Below, piece by piece: positions 30,436 to 40,691 of a stretch of 53,951 nucleotides of DNA. The DNA lies in assembly GCA_005223125.1 (NCBI GenBank), contig NJBH01000026.1, forward strand, positions 1 to 53,951. The letters are read 5' to 3'. Under the pieces are notes generated by a model, which was not told where the DNA came from, did not search any database, and saw nothing but the letters and a program-made list of their open reading frames with translations. The stretch is from Promethearchaeota archaeon Loki_b32 (GTDB taxonomy: Archaea > Asgardarchaeota > Lokiarchaeia > Sigyniarchaeales > SOKP01). The position numbers were made by a program, and so were the translations under genes. Within the stretch, counting starts at the first letter, position 1. Each line of letters starts with the position of its first letter.

Positions 30436-30987
30436 ATGAGTAAGAAAGGAGATAAATTCACTTTCAAAGTGACAGTGATCGGTGACGGCGCCGTAGGTAA
30501 AACTTCTTTAATAAAAAAATTTACAAAAGGGAATTTTCAAGAAGAATACATCCAAACCATTGGAGCACAATTTTCTAAATATATAGAAGATATAAAAGAA
30601 GATCGATGTAAGTTATTTTTCTGGGATATTGCAGGTCAAGATACATTTCATTTCCTACGACCAGCTTTTTATAAAGCAAGTGTAGCAGCGATTATAGTAT
30701 ATTCTCTTGAAGAGAATGATTCAGGGAAAGAAAGTTTGAAACATGTCCCTAAATGGCATAGTGAGATAAAGAAATTCTGTGGAGATATCCCCGTTGTATT
30801 ATTTGGAAATAAAGTTGATTTAGTTGATGAAAAAGAATTAACCGATGAAAAGATATCAAAATTAAGAGAAAAAAAAGATTTCTTAGGATATTATAGAACT
30901 TCAGCAAAAACAGGCCAAGGAGTTCATGAAGCCTTTCAAGCAATTATCAAAGAATTATATTCTAAATATAAAACAATCTCTGCTTAA
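30436..30987 (+). CDS. Rab-like small GTPase (stand-alone)
   Basis: GDGAVGKTS, QTIG, WDIAGQ, NKVD, SAK; no C-terminal prenylation Cys. Confidence 0.95.
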   Translation: MSKKGDKFTFKVTVIGDGAVGKTSLIKKFTKGNFQEEYIQTIGAQFSKYIEDIKEDRCKLFFWDIAGQDTFHFLRPAFYKASVAAIIVYSLEENDSGKESLKHVPKWHSEIKKFCGDIPVVLFGNKVDLVDEKELTDEKISKLREKKDFLGYYRTSAKTGQGVHEAFQAIIKELYSKYKTISA

Positions 30988-31050
30988 TTAATCTTTTTAA
31001 GAGCTTAAAAATTTCTTAAATTAAAATTTTAAATTAAAGGATGTGCAATT

Positions 31051-31626
31051 TCAAAAAATTTTGTATATAATTTCATTTATATCCTTTTTAGGAACATGCA
31101 TTAATCCTTTTTCATCTTTCCAGTAATCAAATGAACCTTCATAAGGCTCCATTGTAGATTCTTCATCTGGATATCCTAAACTTATTACATGTGTAATTTC
31201 AAAATATTCTGGGATGTTAAATAGTTCTCTTATTTTATCTCTGTCGATTGCTCCCATCCAACAACATCCTAATCCAAAATTAATTGCTCCAAGTAATATA
31301 TTTTCAACTGCAGCACCTACATCAAAATTATAATAAGTTTTCTTTATATTTGTATTTACTAAAACTACAAAATATGCTGTCGGTTTTCTTCCTTCTTCTG
31401 GAGTTCTTTGATCTTCAGGAAGCGAGGAAGCCCACCTTATTAAAGGGAACAATTCTTCTCTATTCTTCTCATTATGGACAATAATAAATTCAAGTCCTTG
31501 AATATTTCTTGCTATAGGCGCTACACGGGCAAAATCAACTAATTTTTTTAAAAGGTCTATTGATAATGGTTTTTGTTTAAATCTTCGTATTGTTCTTCTT
31601 TTGTAAATGATTTCTTCAAAATCCAT
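31051..31626 (-). CDS. Nitroreductase family protein
   Basis: RRTIRRF, AP..RNIQ, DVGAAVENILL.A...GLGCCW, LGYP. Confidence 0.92.
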   Translation of the reverse strand: MDFEEIIYKRRTIRRFKQKPLSIDLLKKLVDFARVAPIARNIQGLEFIIVHNEKNREELFPLIRWASSLPEDQRTPEEGRKPTAYFVVLVNTNIKKTYYNFDVGAAVENILLGAINFGLGCCWMGAIDRDKIRELFNIPEYFEITHVISLGYPDEESTMEPYEGSFDYWKDEKGLMHVPKKDINEIIYKIF

Positions 31627-31646
31627 TTTTATCTGTCTATTTCGTG

Positions 31647-32690
31647 TTATTGCTTAGATTTAATCAAGGCTTTTGCTAATTTACAAAAGCTTTCTTCTAC
31701 ATTTTTACCTGTTAAAGCAGATGTCTCTAAATATTCTAAATTTAACTTTTTCGCGATTTCATTTGCTTGTTCTACTGAAACTTTTCTTTCATCAAGTAAA
31801 TCTTCTTTATTTCCTAAGATAAATCCAATTAATTCTTCATTTTGCATTTTTAGATTTTTAATGACATCATTATACCAATTAGGAATGCTCTCAAATGATT
31901 TAAGATTTGTCAAATCAAAGATTAAAATTACTGCTTCCGACCCTTTATAGAAGTGTCGCCGCATGATCTCGAATTTACTCTGACCAGCGATATCCCATAG
32001 AATCAAATTAGCATAATCATTATCAACTTTAATATTCTTCTCTGAGATACTTACTCCTAGCGTTGGAATATAAGTACGTATAAAAGCATGGTCAGTAAAT
32101 CTTAGAATTGTACTAGTTTTACCAACACTAGGATCTCCACATATTATTATCTTATAATTGTACCCTGATTTTCTTTCTTCTATTTTATTATCTTCCGGAA
32201 ACGCTTCTAATTCAGAGGTTGACTTCTCTTTATTAGATAAATCATCTAAAATTTCTGAAACTCTATTTTTTAATTCATTAATTTCAGTGTAGATGTCATC
32301 TGATTTAGCTTGATTATTTTCTAAATCTATGATTTTTTGAGCACTTTCACTAAAAGCGGATTCAAGATAATCGATATATTTGTAGAATATGAGATCGTAT
32401 GCCTCTTTAAATAATAAAGTAATTGACGATACTGCTGCACCTCCACGTCGAGATTCATCTGCACGTTCAATATACTTTGTTATGCCTTTTAAATTCAACA
32501 TAGGAAAAGGGATAATAACTAAAGATTGTGGAATAACACCTTGGTCAGTTGAGAGCATGGTAATTGATTTTATACCAACTGACATACTAATATTGTCAGA
32601 CAAATCAATCGGATCCCATAAGAACGGTTTAGGGCCTATTTTCTCGTCTAATAATGTGTATACTATAGCGGTAATTATTTCTTCTGACAT
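31647..32690 (-). CDS. Longin-like domain fused to a Rab-like GTPase
   Basis: N-terminal DEKIGPKP..IIPFP..DESRRG; C-terminal GDPSVGKTS, PTLG, WDIAGQ, NKED, SAL. Confidence 0.9.
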   Translation of the reverse strand: MSEEIITAIVYTLLDEKIGPKPFLWDPIDLSDNISMSVGIKSITMLSTDQGVIPQSLVIIPFPMLNLKGITKYIERADESRRGGAAVSSITLLFKEAYDLIFYKYIDYLESAFSESAQKIIDLENNQAKSDDIYTEINELKNRVSEILDDLSNKEKSTSELEAFPEDNKIEERKSGYNYKIIICGDPSVGKTSTILRFTDHAFIRTYIPTLGVSISEKNIKVDNDYANLILWDIAGQSKFEIMRRHFYKGSEAVILIFDLTNLKSFESIPNWYNDVIKNLKMQNEELIGFILGNKEDLLDERKVSVEQANEIAKKLNLEYLETSALTGKNVEESFCKLAKALIKSKQ

Positions 32691-32778
32691 CGCTGAGCTA
32701 TGTTGGTAATATAAATTATAAAAATTTAAATTAATAAGAATTTGTAAATTTGACGGTTTTTGTACTTATAAATCAAAA

Positions 32779-32802
32779 TTCGTGAAATTTCCCTTTCACG
32801 AA
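32779..32802. promoter_or_regulatory. Perfect 9-bp inverted repeat TTCGTGAAA-N6-TTTCACGAA upstream of the longin-Rab gene
   Basis: Seen directly, about 90-110 bp upstream of the start at 32690. Confidence 0.4.
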
Positions 32803-33091
32803 GAATTAGATTTTTACGATTTACTTTGAAATATTATGTTTTTGGCATTATCATCCTGATTTGGAAATAAATCATTAGGGACACTAATTTTTTCTAGTGC
32901 TTTTGCAACAATTAATTACAACAAATTAATAAAAAACTACTTTATATTTATAGGATATTCTGGTTATTTAGTGATCATATAATATACTAAAAAAACCAGA
33001 ATTCTCAAGGATATCTTATCTATTTAATAAAAAATAGTAAAAAGAAAAAAAAGTATATTTTTTAATTTTTTTATATGAAATTGTTAATTAT

Positions 33092-33538
33092 CTATTCTCC
33101 GCCAACGAATTTATCAATAACAAACGCCGCTATCGATAAACATCCAGCAATGATAATACCGATGGGTGCAAAGCCAATAACAGCATCCTCTGTCGCTTCA
33201 AGTATAAGCGCTAAAATTGGGAAAATTAACATAGCAATTCCAGCTAGTACATAGATTAACCAATCCCACTTCCATTCTTTACCTTTCCAAGTACTGATAC
33301 TCAATAATAAAAGTGCTGCGATTGACATCATTGTTAATCCAAAAGTCCAAGCTTGTAATCCAGCTCCAACCCACATATCTGCTGGATCGCCCCAATATTG
33401 AACAGCACCTGTAAGCCAACCGGTTATATCAAAACCAAATCCTGAGTCGGCAGTACCCCATGGTGTTAATATTGCTATTAACGCTAAAACTGCAGCTATT
33501 AAGGCATAAAACCAAGAGTCTTTCTTAAAATCTACCAT
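33092..33538 (-). CDS. Small four-TM membrane protein
   Basis: Four hydrophobic helices, TM1 ending LTPWG followed by a ~35-aa loop. Confidence 0.8.
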   Translation of the reverse strand: MVDFKKDSWFYALIAAVLALIAILTPWGTADSGFGFDITGWLTGAVQYWGDPADMWVGAGLQAWTFGLTMMSIAALLLLSISTWKGKEWKWDWLIYVLAGIAMLIFPILALILEATEDAVIGFAPIGIIIAGCLSIAAFVIDKFVGGE

Positions 33539-33862
33539 TTTTTTTCACTCTATTTATTTAAACTAAAATTGATTTTCATAAATTTTTTTGTTAATTTCTT
33601 CTTTATTCACAAGATATTTAAATGTTATCTAAAATACTCCTTCATTAATTATTAAAAGTAAAATATACTAAAAGATAACCTCTCAGTAAAATAATTAAGT
33701 CCTTGATCTTAGAATAAGTTGATAATGATTATAAGATTTTAAGTCTTCAACAATTTATCCTACCTCGGTGTTAATTCTCAAAATAAGAAGGTTGACCAGC
33801 TACAAGGCATTGAGAAAGATACATACAAAAATGTGCAAGATTTGGATCAAAATAATAAATTA

Positions 33863-34912
33863 CTATAATCGAGATTCATACAATAACTTCGCAATGGTTG
33901 AAAACGCATAATTCACATTTTCTCCCAATAGTGCTGAAGTTTCAATAAATCCTAATTTTAATTTACTTGCTAATTGATCTACTATTTCAGAAGATATCTT
34001 ACAACTATCTTTCAAATCTTTTTTATTTCCAATTATGAATCCAACTAATTCTTCAGAGCGGTCTTTCACTTGATCAACTACATCTGAAAACCATTTAGGT
34101 ATATTATCAAAAGATTCAGGTTTTGTCAAATCGAACACTAAAAAAACCGCATCTGAACCTCGGTAGAATTGTTGTCTCATTGTTTGAAATTTTTGTTGGC
34201 CTCCTATATCCCAAAGTGTTAATTGAATAACAGTTTGCTCGATCTTAAAGATTTTGTCGCTCACCATGACCCCGAGAGTTGGCACGTAATTTCTCCTGAA
34301 CGCATTATTAGTATATCTTAAAATTAATGAAGTTTTTCCAACATTTGGGTCCCCCACTATAATAATTTTAAATTGATAATCTATTAAACTTCGATCTTTA
34401 ATTTGTTGTTCAGGAAATTCTTCACTCGCAATCTCTTGTTGAGCAACCTCTTGAAGTCTTAGTTCTTCTAAAAGGCTAGAGATATTAAATTCAAGATGTT
34501 CTAATACATTTATGAAATCTTCTCTAGAAGCCCCTGATTTTTCTAGACTTACTATAGTTCCAGAAAGATTATTGAAAGGAATAGAAAGTTCATTAAGATA
34601 TTTATAAAAAATGACATCAGCATTTTCTTGAAATAATAAAACTATTGCAGATTGACCAATGTTTCCTCGTCTAGAAGGATCATCCCATTTAATATATTTA
34701 ACTAATCCCTTTAAATTCTTTGAAGGAAAAGGTAATATTACTAAAGATTCTGGAACCAGCCCTTTCTCTCCTGATAATATCGTTAAAGCTTTTATACATA
34801 TATGAATAAGATCCATCTGTGAAAATTGAGTAGAAAGCCAAGCTACTGGATTTGGACCTAATTCGTCGTTCATTTCTACATAAACAATCCCTGATATTAT
34901 TTTCTGCTCCAT
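33863..34912 (-). CDS. Longin-like domain fused to a Rab-like GTPase (paralog of 31647-32690)
   Basis: N-terminal DELGPNP..ILPFP..DPSRRG; GDPNVGKTS, PTLG, WDIGGQ, NKKD, SAL. Confidence 0.9.
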   Translation of the reverse strand: MEQKIISGIVYVEMNDELGPNPVAWLSTQFSQMDLIHICIKALTILSGEKGLVPESLVILPFPSKNLKGLVKYIKWDDPSRRGNIGQSAIVLLFQENADVIFYKYLNELSIPFNNLSGTIVSLEKSGASREDFINVLEHLEFNISSLLEELRLQEVAQQEIASEEFPEQQIKDRSLIDYQFKIIIVGDPNVGKTSLILRYTNNAFRRNYVPTLGVMVSDKIFKIEQTVIQLTLWDIGGQQKFQTMRQQFYRGSDAVFLVFDLTKPESFDNIPKWFSDVVDQVKDRSEELVGFIIGNKKDLKDSCKISSEIVDQLASKLKLGFIETSALLGENVNYAFSTIAKLLYESRL

Positions 34913-34917
34913 GATTA

Positions 34918-34947
34918 TCTGAAATTTAACTTTCTGAAATTTAACTT
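34918..34947. repeat. 15-bp perfect tandem duplication (TCTGAAATTTAACTT x2) just upstream of the start at 34912
   Basis: Seen directly. Confidence 0.8.
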
Positions 34948-35060
34948 AATAAAGAAGTTATTGATATATAATCTGTAAATATTTCGCTTTTAACTAATAA
35001 TATAATTATTTTATATAAATAATAATTGCTGAAAAAAAAAAGAATATTAAAATTAAAATT

Positions 35061-35771
35061 TCATTTCAGACCAAAATACATAAACCAGAAACTACTCAAA
35101 TATCCAATTCTCACTATAATTCCCATAATTCCAGGCTCAGTTAATCCTTCCAATAATCCAAATATACAAAAACAGATTGCCCCCGCTGATAATAAAAGAA
35201 AGTTTTTACGTATAACTCCTGAAGATTGAAAGCCTTTATATAAAAATCCAAGGCCTAAAAAGATTAGAACTGTTATTAACATAATACCCATTAATATTCC
35301 CGCAGAAGTCATTAAATTGACGTTATAATCAATCAAATTTGCACTAGGTATTATTGGTGGTACCGGATCAAAATTAAAAGATCCTAAGGGATACATAAAT
35401 ATTATGATTTCAAAGATTAATGAAATAACTAAAGATATGAGTATAATATACTTTTTTATATTAGGGGTTAATAATTCTGCGCCGATATACATTGCAGTAA
35501 TAATTACAGGAGCAAACCAAATATAAGATAAAATAGCAACTATACCATTGGTATTAATTATATTCTCTTTAATTATGAGAACAAATAGGAAATCCACAAA
35601 AACGCCCATAAACACAAGACCAGCAAATAAGGTTGTTAAACCTAAATATGCAAGTAGTTTGGCATTTGTCTTTTTTGATCTATAGATAAAGAATAAACCA
35701 AATATTATACCAAAAATCACTACGCCTGAAGCAGTGATTCCATCAATCCAACCGTCTACTTCTAATGCCAT
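35061..35771 (-). CDS. Seven-TM membrane protein, function unknown
   Basis: About 7 hydrophobic segments, no soluble domain. Confidence 0.8.
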   Translation of the reverse strand: MALEVDGWIDGITASGVVIFGIIFGLFFIYRSKKTNAKLLAYLGLTTLFAGLVFMGVFVDFLFVLIIKENIINTNGIVAILSYIWFAPVIITAMYIGAELLTPNIKKYIILISLVISLIFEIIIFMYPLGSFNFDPVPPIIPSANLIDYNVNLMTSAGILMGIMLITVLIFLGLGFLYKGFQSSGVIRKNFLLLSAGAICFCIFGLLEGLTEPGIMGIIVRIGYLSSFWFMYFGLK

Positions 35772-35913
35772 CTTTGAGTCTCACCACAAATTATTAATTT
35801 TATCCTAAGAAAAGGAATAGTTATTAGTTTAATATATGGTGTTTCAGTTTAATAAATGCTATGTATAATGAGATAAATTCTTAAATATTCATAGTATATT
35901 TAAGACGATAAGA

Positions 35914-36189
35914 TTAATCTTTAATTTTCTCTAAGATAGATATGATTCGGTAAACGGTTGTGCGTTGTGCAAAAGGAATATTTGCATCTTGCGCAAGATC
36001 ATCAACCATATACATTATATTACTGGAACGGACACCTGGAGTTTCATCCTCATTATGTAATTCATTAATGCTTCTCTGTGCAACTCTTTTTATGTTTCTG
36101 GGTACACTACGGTCTTTTATCATACCATTCAAAAGATATTCAACATTTTCAAAGCCTTTTTTTTCTTCCTCAGTTATTGCCCTTGGCAT
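35914..36189 (-). CDS. UPF0147 family protein
   Basis: DRSVPRNIKR, D.NIPFAQRT signature; likely start MPRAIT. Confidence 0.88.
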   Translation of the reverse strand: MPRAITEEEKKGFENVEYLLNGMIKDRSVPRNIKRVAQRSINELHNEDETPGVRSSNIMYMVDDLAQDANIPFAQRTTVYRIISILEKIKD

Positions 36190-36280
36190 TAAAAACACTC
36201 TTTTTGGTGATCTTTTCAATGAGTAAAAAGTTTAAAAATTAAAATATTTTTTAAAATTTAATTTTTGTGATTTTAAGTAA

Positions 36281-39193
36281 TTAGTAGATGCCAAATTCAC
36301 GAATTTCTTTTTTGAGAATAGGGATTTTTTCTTCAAACTCTTGTATTTGGTTTTCGTAATCACTATAAAAATCATCAAATTTCTTGATTTCCCTCTCATC
36401 AATAGCTTTTACAAAATCATAGGAAATTTTTTGGATGTTATTAAAAATTTGATTAAATTGTTCTGTAGTTTCTATTAGTTTTTTATTTACTATCTTACCT
36501 TGCTTTCTAACCATATTTCGAAGTTTACCACGAGGAATTCGAATTTTATTTATTAAATTATCACATTCATTTAAAAACTTGTAAGATTGAGCTTTATTAT
36601 TATCATCGAGTTTAGCTTCAATTATTTCTGTTCGCCATGTATTCATTCTACCTCTAGCAAACGTATCAAAGTTCAATGAGAGAGAATCAATACCTTCTCG
36701 TACTAAAAATCGAAGAAAGTCGGGGTCATCACTTGGGGCTTGTCCGCATATCCCTACTTTTCTCCCGAACTCATGAGCTGTTTTAATTAAGTGACTTACT
36801 GATCTTCTTATTGCTTCACTATTTGTATTATAATTGTAATTATTCATTAAAGGAATCATTTTTTCATTATCTCGCCCTACTCCATACGTGAGTTGAGTAA
36901 GGTCATTTGATCCTATGGAGAATCCGTCGAAAAATTGGCTAAAAATATCAGCTAAAATAATATTTGATGGAATTTCTGCCATAACATAAACTTTTAGATC
37001 GTCTTGACCTCGAATTAATCCTTCGCTTTCCATAATATCCATAATCCTTTGGGCTTCTTCGGGGCTTCTACAGAAAGGTAACATAGGTATAATATTTCTT
37101 AACCCCCAATCTCTAGCTTTTTTAATCGCCCGTAATTCTAACATAAAAGCTTGCTGAAATTCGTCGTGTACATACCGTGAACAACCTCTGAATCCTAGCA
37201 TAGGATTATTTTCTTCTCCCTCATAAATCCAACCACCAATTAGATTAGCGTATTCATTAGTCTTAAAGTCTGAAAGCCTTACGACACATTCAGCAAGGCT
37301 TTCATCTCCCAGTCTTTTCCAAACACCTGCAGCAATAGTAGCAATTCCTTCTGCTAATTTTTGTATATAGAACTCTTCTTTATCATCATACCCTACTGTC
37401 AATTCTCTGATCTTATCTAATGTCTGCTTTAATCTCAAGATCTCTTGACTAAAAGGATCTTTATGATATAAATCACTTTTTTTAATGTTCTCTATTCTTT
37501 TCCTTTGTTCTAATAAAATATCATATCTCATTATTAATGCTTCAAAATCTATTAATGCATTAGGGTGAATTTGAATCTCGTCGTTAATTATAAATTCTAG
37601 CCTTGCCAAACCAGTACCATCAGGATGTTTGCCAGAGGAGAGGGCTCCTTTGGGAATTCCTAGATTGACTAGTACTTTCGTCTTTGTTCTTGGAAGTTTG
37701 GCAAATTCAATTGTATCAGAGTCATATTCTGCTGCTTTTAACCAAATTCTTGGCTCTCCTTGGCTACAATCAATTGTAACATATTCATTTCCTTCACGTT
37801 GTTTTTCTTTCATAATTTGTACGATATTATCTGCTCCAACTATTGATGATATATTTAACTCTCTCGAAACAATCGCAGCATGACATGTAGGACCACCTTT
37901 TTCTGTTATTACTCCTCCTAAATTTTGCATGTAAGAAGTCCAATCAGGATTAGTTTCCTCAGTAATCAGAATATCTCCTTCCCTTAATAAGTGAGCGTCA
38001 TTTATCGATTCTATAATCTTAATTTTTCCATATCCTATTCTTCTGCCGATTGCAGTACCAGAATTTTCAACAAGATAGCCATCTTTTTCTAATTTGTCTG
38101 GGTTTTCAAGAAGATAAAATACTTCTTCTGTATCACCTTTTTGTGAATGAACGGTTTCTGGACGTGCTTGGACAACATAAATTTTGCCATTATTACCTAA
38201 TGCCCATTCAATATCCATTGGTGTATTATAGTGTTCTCTTATTTTTTGGGCATAATCTGCTAAAATTAAAACTTCTTTATCCGTTAGACAATACTTCATC
38301 TGTTTTTCTTCTGGGATGGGTATGACTTCTGTTCCAATTTGTTCTCTACCCTCGGAAAATATCATCATATTTTCTTTTCGCACGAGTTCGCGTCGAATTA
38401 TACGAAGTTTTTTAGGATCATGCTTAAAAACAAGAAACTCATCACCTTTTTCAGCACCTTGTACAAGTAATTCTCCCAAACCCCATGTTCCTCTAATAGC
38501 TACAACATTTGAGTTTCCAGAATCGGGGTCTTCAGTGAACATTACACCTGATGCCTTGACTCCTTCTAAACCTCCAGCCATTTCTTGGACCCCTACTGAG
38601 AGTTTAACTATAAAATGATCGAAGCCTGCTCGTTCACGGTACATAGTAGCTCTTGTAGTAAAGACTGAAGCCATATCCTTTAAAATATATTCAAGAATTT
38701 CATTTTCTCCAGAAATATTTAAGTGGGTATCTTGTTGCCCTGCAAATGAAGCGTCAGGTAGATCTTCTGCTGTAGCAGAACTTCTCACAGCAAATGTAGA
38801 TTCTTCACCGATTTTTTTTATTAATGTTTTGTATGCTTCTAAGATTTCATCTGCTAAAGAGTCAGGAATTTTAGATTGTTCTATAACATATCGAATGTTT
38901 GCACAAATTTTATCAACTTTTTCTACAGCTTTGATATCTTCTGATTTCAATTCGTTGGAAATCTTTTTAATGTCTCTCGCAATTAATTCTCGAAGAGATA
39001 TTTTTTTTTCTTTTATAGTATAAAAGTTTGAATCTAAAACATAATCAAAAGCTTTTGATGTAACAGCAAATCCAAGAGGTACTGAGATTCCAAAAGAGAG
39101 TAATTCTCCAAGAGAAGCATTTTTGCCCCCTACAAGAGGAACATCTCCCACCCGTAAATCTTCAAAGAATTTTATATATCTATAATCACTCAT
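36281..39193 (-). CDS. ppsA: Phosphoenolpyruvate synthase (pyruvate,water dikinase)
   Basis: VGGKNASLGE, AVRSSATAEDLPDASFAGQQDT, TCHAAIVSRE, NPMLGFRG, SIGSNDLTQL, GICGQAPSD. Confidence 0.96.
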   Translation of the reverse strand: MSDYRYIKFFEDLRVGDVPLVGGKNASLGELLSFGISVPLGFAVTSKAFDYVLDSNFYTIKEKKISLRELIARDIKKISNELKSEDIKAVEKVDKICANIRYVIEQSKIPDSLADEILEAYKTLIKKIGEESTFAVRSSATAEDLPDASFAGQQDTHLNISGENEILEYILKDMASVFTTRATMYRERAGFDHFIVKLSVGVQEMAGGLEGVKASGVMFTEDPDSGNSNVVAIRGTWGLGELLVQGAEKGDEFLVFKHDPKKLRIIRRELVRKENMMIFSEGREQIGTEVIPIPEEKQMKYCLTDKEVLILADYAQKIREHYNTPMDIEWALGNNGKIYVVQARPETVHSQKGDTEEVFYLLENPDKLEKDGYLVENSGTAIGRRIGYGKIKIIESINDAHLLREGDILITEETNPDWTSYMQNLGGVITEKGGPTCHAAIVSRELNISSIVGADNIVQIMKEKQREGNEYVTIDCSQGEPRIWLKAAEYDSDTIEFAKLPRTKTKVLVNLGIPKGALSSGKHPDGTGLARLEFIINDEIQIHPNALIDFEALIMRYDILLEQRKRIENIKKSDLYHKDPFSQEILRLKQTLDKIRELTVGYDDKEEFYIQKLAEGIATIAAGVWKRLGDESLAECVVRLSDFKTNEYANLIGGWIYEGEENNPMLGFRGCSRYVHDEFQQAFMLELRAIKKARDWGLRNIIPMLPFCRSPEEAQRIMDIMESEGLIRGQDDLKVYVMAEIPSNIILADIFSQFFDGFSIGSNDLTQLTYGVGRDNEKMIPLMNNYNYNTNSEAIRRSVSHLIKTAHEFGRKVGICGQAPSDDPDFLRFLVREGIDSLSLNFDTFARGRMNTWRTEIIEAKLDDNNKAQSYKFLNECDNLINKIRIPRGKLRNMVRKQGKIVNKKLIETTEQFNQIFNNIQKISYDFVKAIDEREIKKFDDFYSDYENQIQEFEEKIPILKKEIREFGIY

Positions 39194-39304
39194 ATTAAAG
39201 AGAAACCCTTAAGCTATTGTTTTAATGAGATTTTCTCTTATTTTAATTATTATTCTTCTAATTATAAATTAAACGTTTATAAAAAGAGTAACGTTGAAAC
39301 TAGA

Positions 39305-39823
39305 TTATTTTAACTCTTTTTCAAAAACCTCAAAATCAGAAGCAGTATATAAGCAAAATACTACTTTTTCAATTTGAGTATCTGTTTGTAAATATTCTTT
39401 AGTGGTATCGATCATAATTTTAGAACATTTCTTTATTGGAAAACCAAAAATACCTGTTGATATAGCAGGAAATGCAATAGATTTTAAATTAAATTTATCC
39501 ATTAATTTTAAACTATTTACAGTAGCACTCCTTAATTTTTTATCCTCATCTCCTTCTCCCATTCTTGGTCCAACCGCATGAATTACATGTTTTGCTTTTA
39601 AATTCCCACCCGTTGTAATTACAGCATCCCCTACAAATGTACCTCCAATTTTGTTACATTCATCTTGAATAATTGGTCCTCCCTTTTTCCTTATTGCTCC
39701 TGCCACGCCTCCGCCCAATATAAGGCGGTCATTTGCCGCATTTACAATGACATCTATTTGTAAATCAGTAATATCTCCTTGAATCAAACTAATTTTTGAA
39801 TTTTTTACCTTTAATTCTTTCAT
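39305..39823 (-). CDS. Macro-domain protein (ADP-ribose hydrolase, YmdB/MacroD type)
   Basis: GDIT, IVNAAN..L..GGGVAGAI, VIHAVGP, AFPAISTGIFGFP. Confidence 0.93.
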   Translation of the reverse strand: MKELKVKNSKISLIQGDITDLQIDVIVNAANDRLILGGGVAGAIRKKGGPIIQDECNKIGGTFVGDAVITTGGNLKAKHVIHAVGPRMGEGDEDKKLRSATVNSLKLMDKFNLKSIAFPAISTGIFGFPIKKCSKIMIDTTKEYLQTDTQIEKVVFCLYTASDFEVFEKELK

Positions 39824-39878
39824 GATATATAACATTTATTGTTTTCAATTAAGTAAGAAATAAAAATAAAAAGAAGAG

Positions 39879-40583
39879 TTATTGGTCTTCATGACCCTTT
39901 TTGAAAATCTCATCAAGTTTAGCCCTATCTTCATCAGTCATTTTGCTCATTGCATCCATGTTTTGCCTCATTAAGTCCATCATTATTTTTTGGGAGATGA
40001 GTTGATTTAATACAGGTAATGCGATCCTCATACGAGTTAATTCGTAATGCATGATTTTTGCTGTTTCTCTCATCTCTTTTAAATCTTCTTTAGTCATTCC
40101 TTCTTCGCCAATTCCAGGACAATCTGCATCAACTACAATAAAGTTTTTGCCATCAAACTCTAATGGATATGTTCTACAACTTAAAGGGCGGTTTTCGTAA
40201 ATTAAACATTTCTTGTCATCTTTATTGTATAAAGGACATTTTACATCAAGTAGTTCCTCGATAGATACACCACCAAATGGTTCTTTTGGGCTTGTTTCTT
40301 CTTCTCCTTCCTTCGGAGGTGGTGCTAGAGGTTTTAATATTAAATCAATCCCTGCATCTGGTTTTTGATAAATATCCAAATATGGCATAAAGTTTGCAAC
40401 AACTCCATTCTTAGCCCACATTTCTAAATCCCAAAATGTTATGGGAATAGGACCTCTTGCGGCACAACAGTTATTACAGCGCGTACATTTAAAGGAAAAT
40501 TTTGTTTTAGGCTTTTCCTCAACAGATTCTTTTTCATCCTCTTTCAGTTCAGATGTTTGAGTTTCTTTATCATCTTCAGACAT
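39879..40583 (-). CDS. YkgJ-family cysteine-cluster protein
   Basis: FKCTRCNNCC, CPLY..CLIYENRPLSCRTYP, CPGIG. Confidence 0.9.
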   Translation of the reverse strand: MSEDDKETQTSELKEDEKESVEEKPKTKFSFKCTRCNNCCAARGPIPITFWDLEMWAKNGVVANFMPYLDIYQKPDAGIDLILKPLAPPPKEGEEETSPKEPFGGVSIEELLDVKCPLYNKDDKKCLIYENRPLSCRTYPLEFDGKNFIVVDADCPGIGEEGMTKEDLKEMRETAKIMHYELTRMRIALPVLNQLISQKIMMDLMRQNMDAMSKMTDEDRAKLDEIFKKGHEDQ

Positions 40584-40691
40584 TAAAAATCTCACTTGAT
40601 AATATATAATATTATTAAATTGGTATAAAATAAAAAAATATATCTTTGAAAAAAAATTTTATTTTTATTCAATATAAAAAGACTTGAATTT

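Noticed and set aside
32805-32920. Short minus-strand coding-like stretch (…KALEKISVPNDLFPNQDD…)
   Set aside because: Under 40 codons, with no clear start and no recognisable family.
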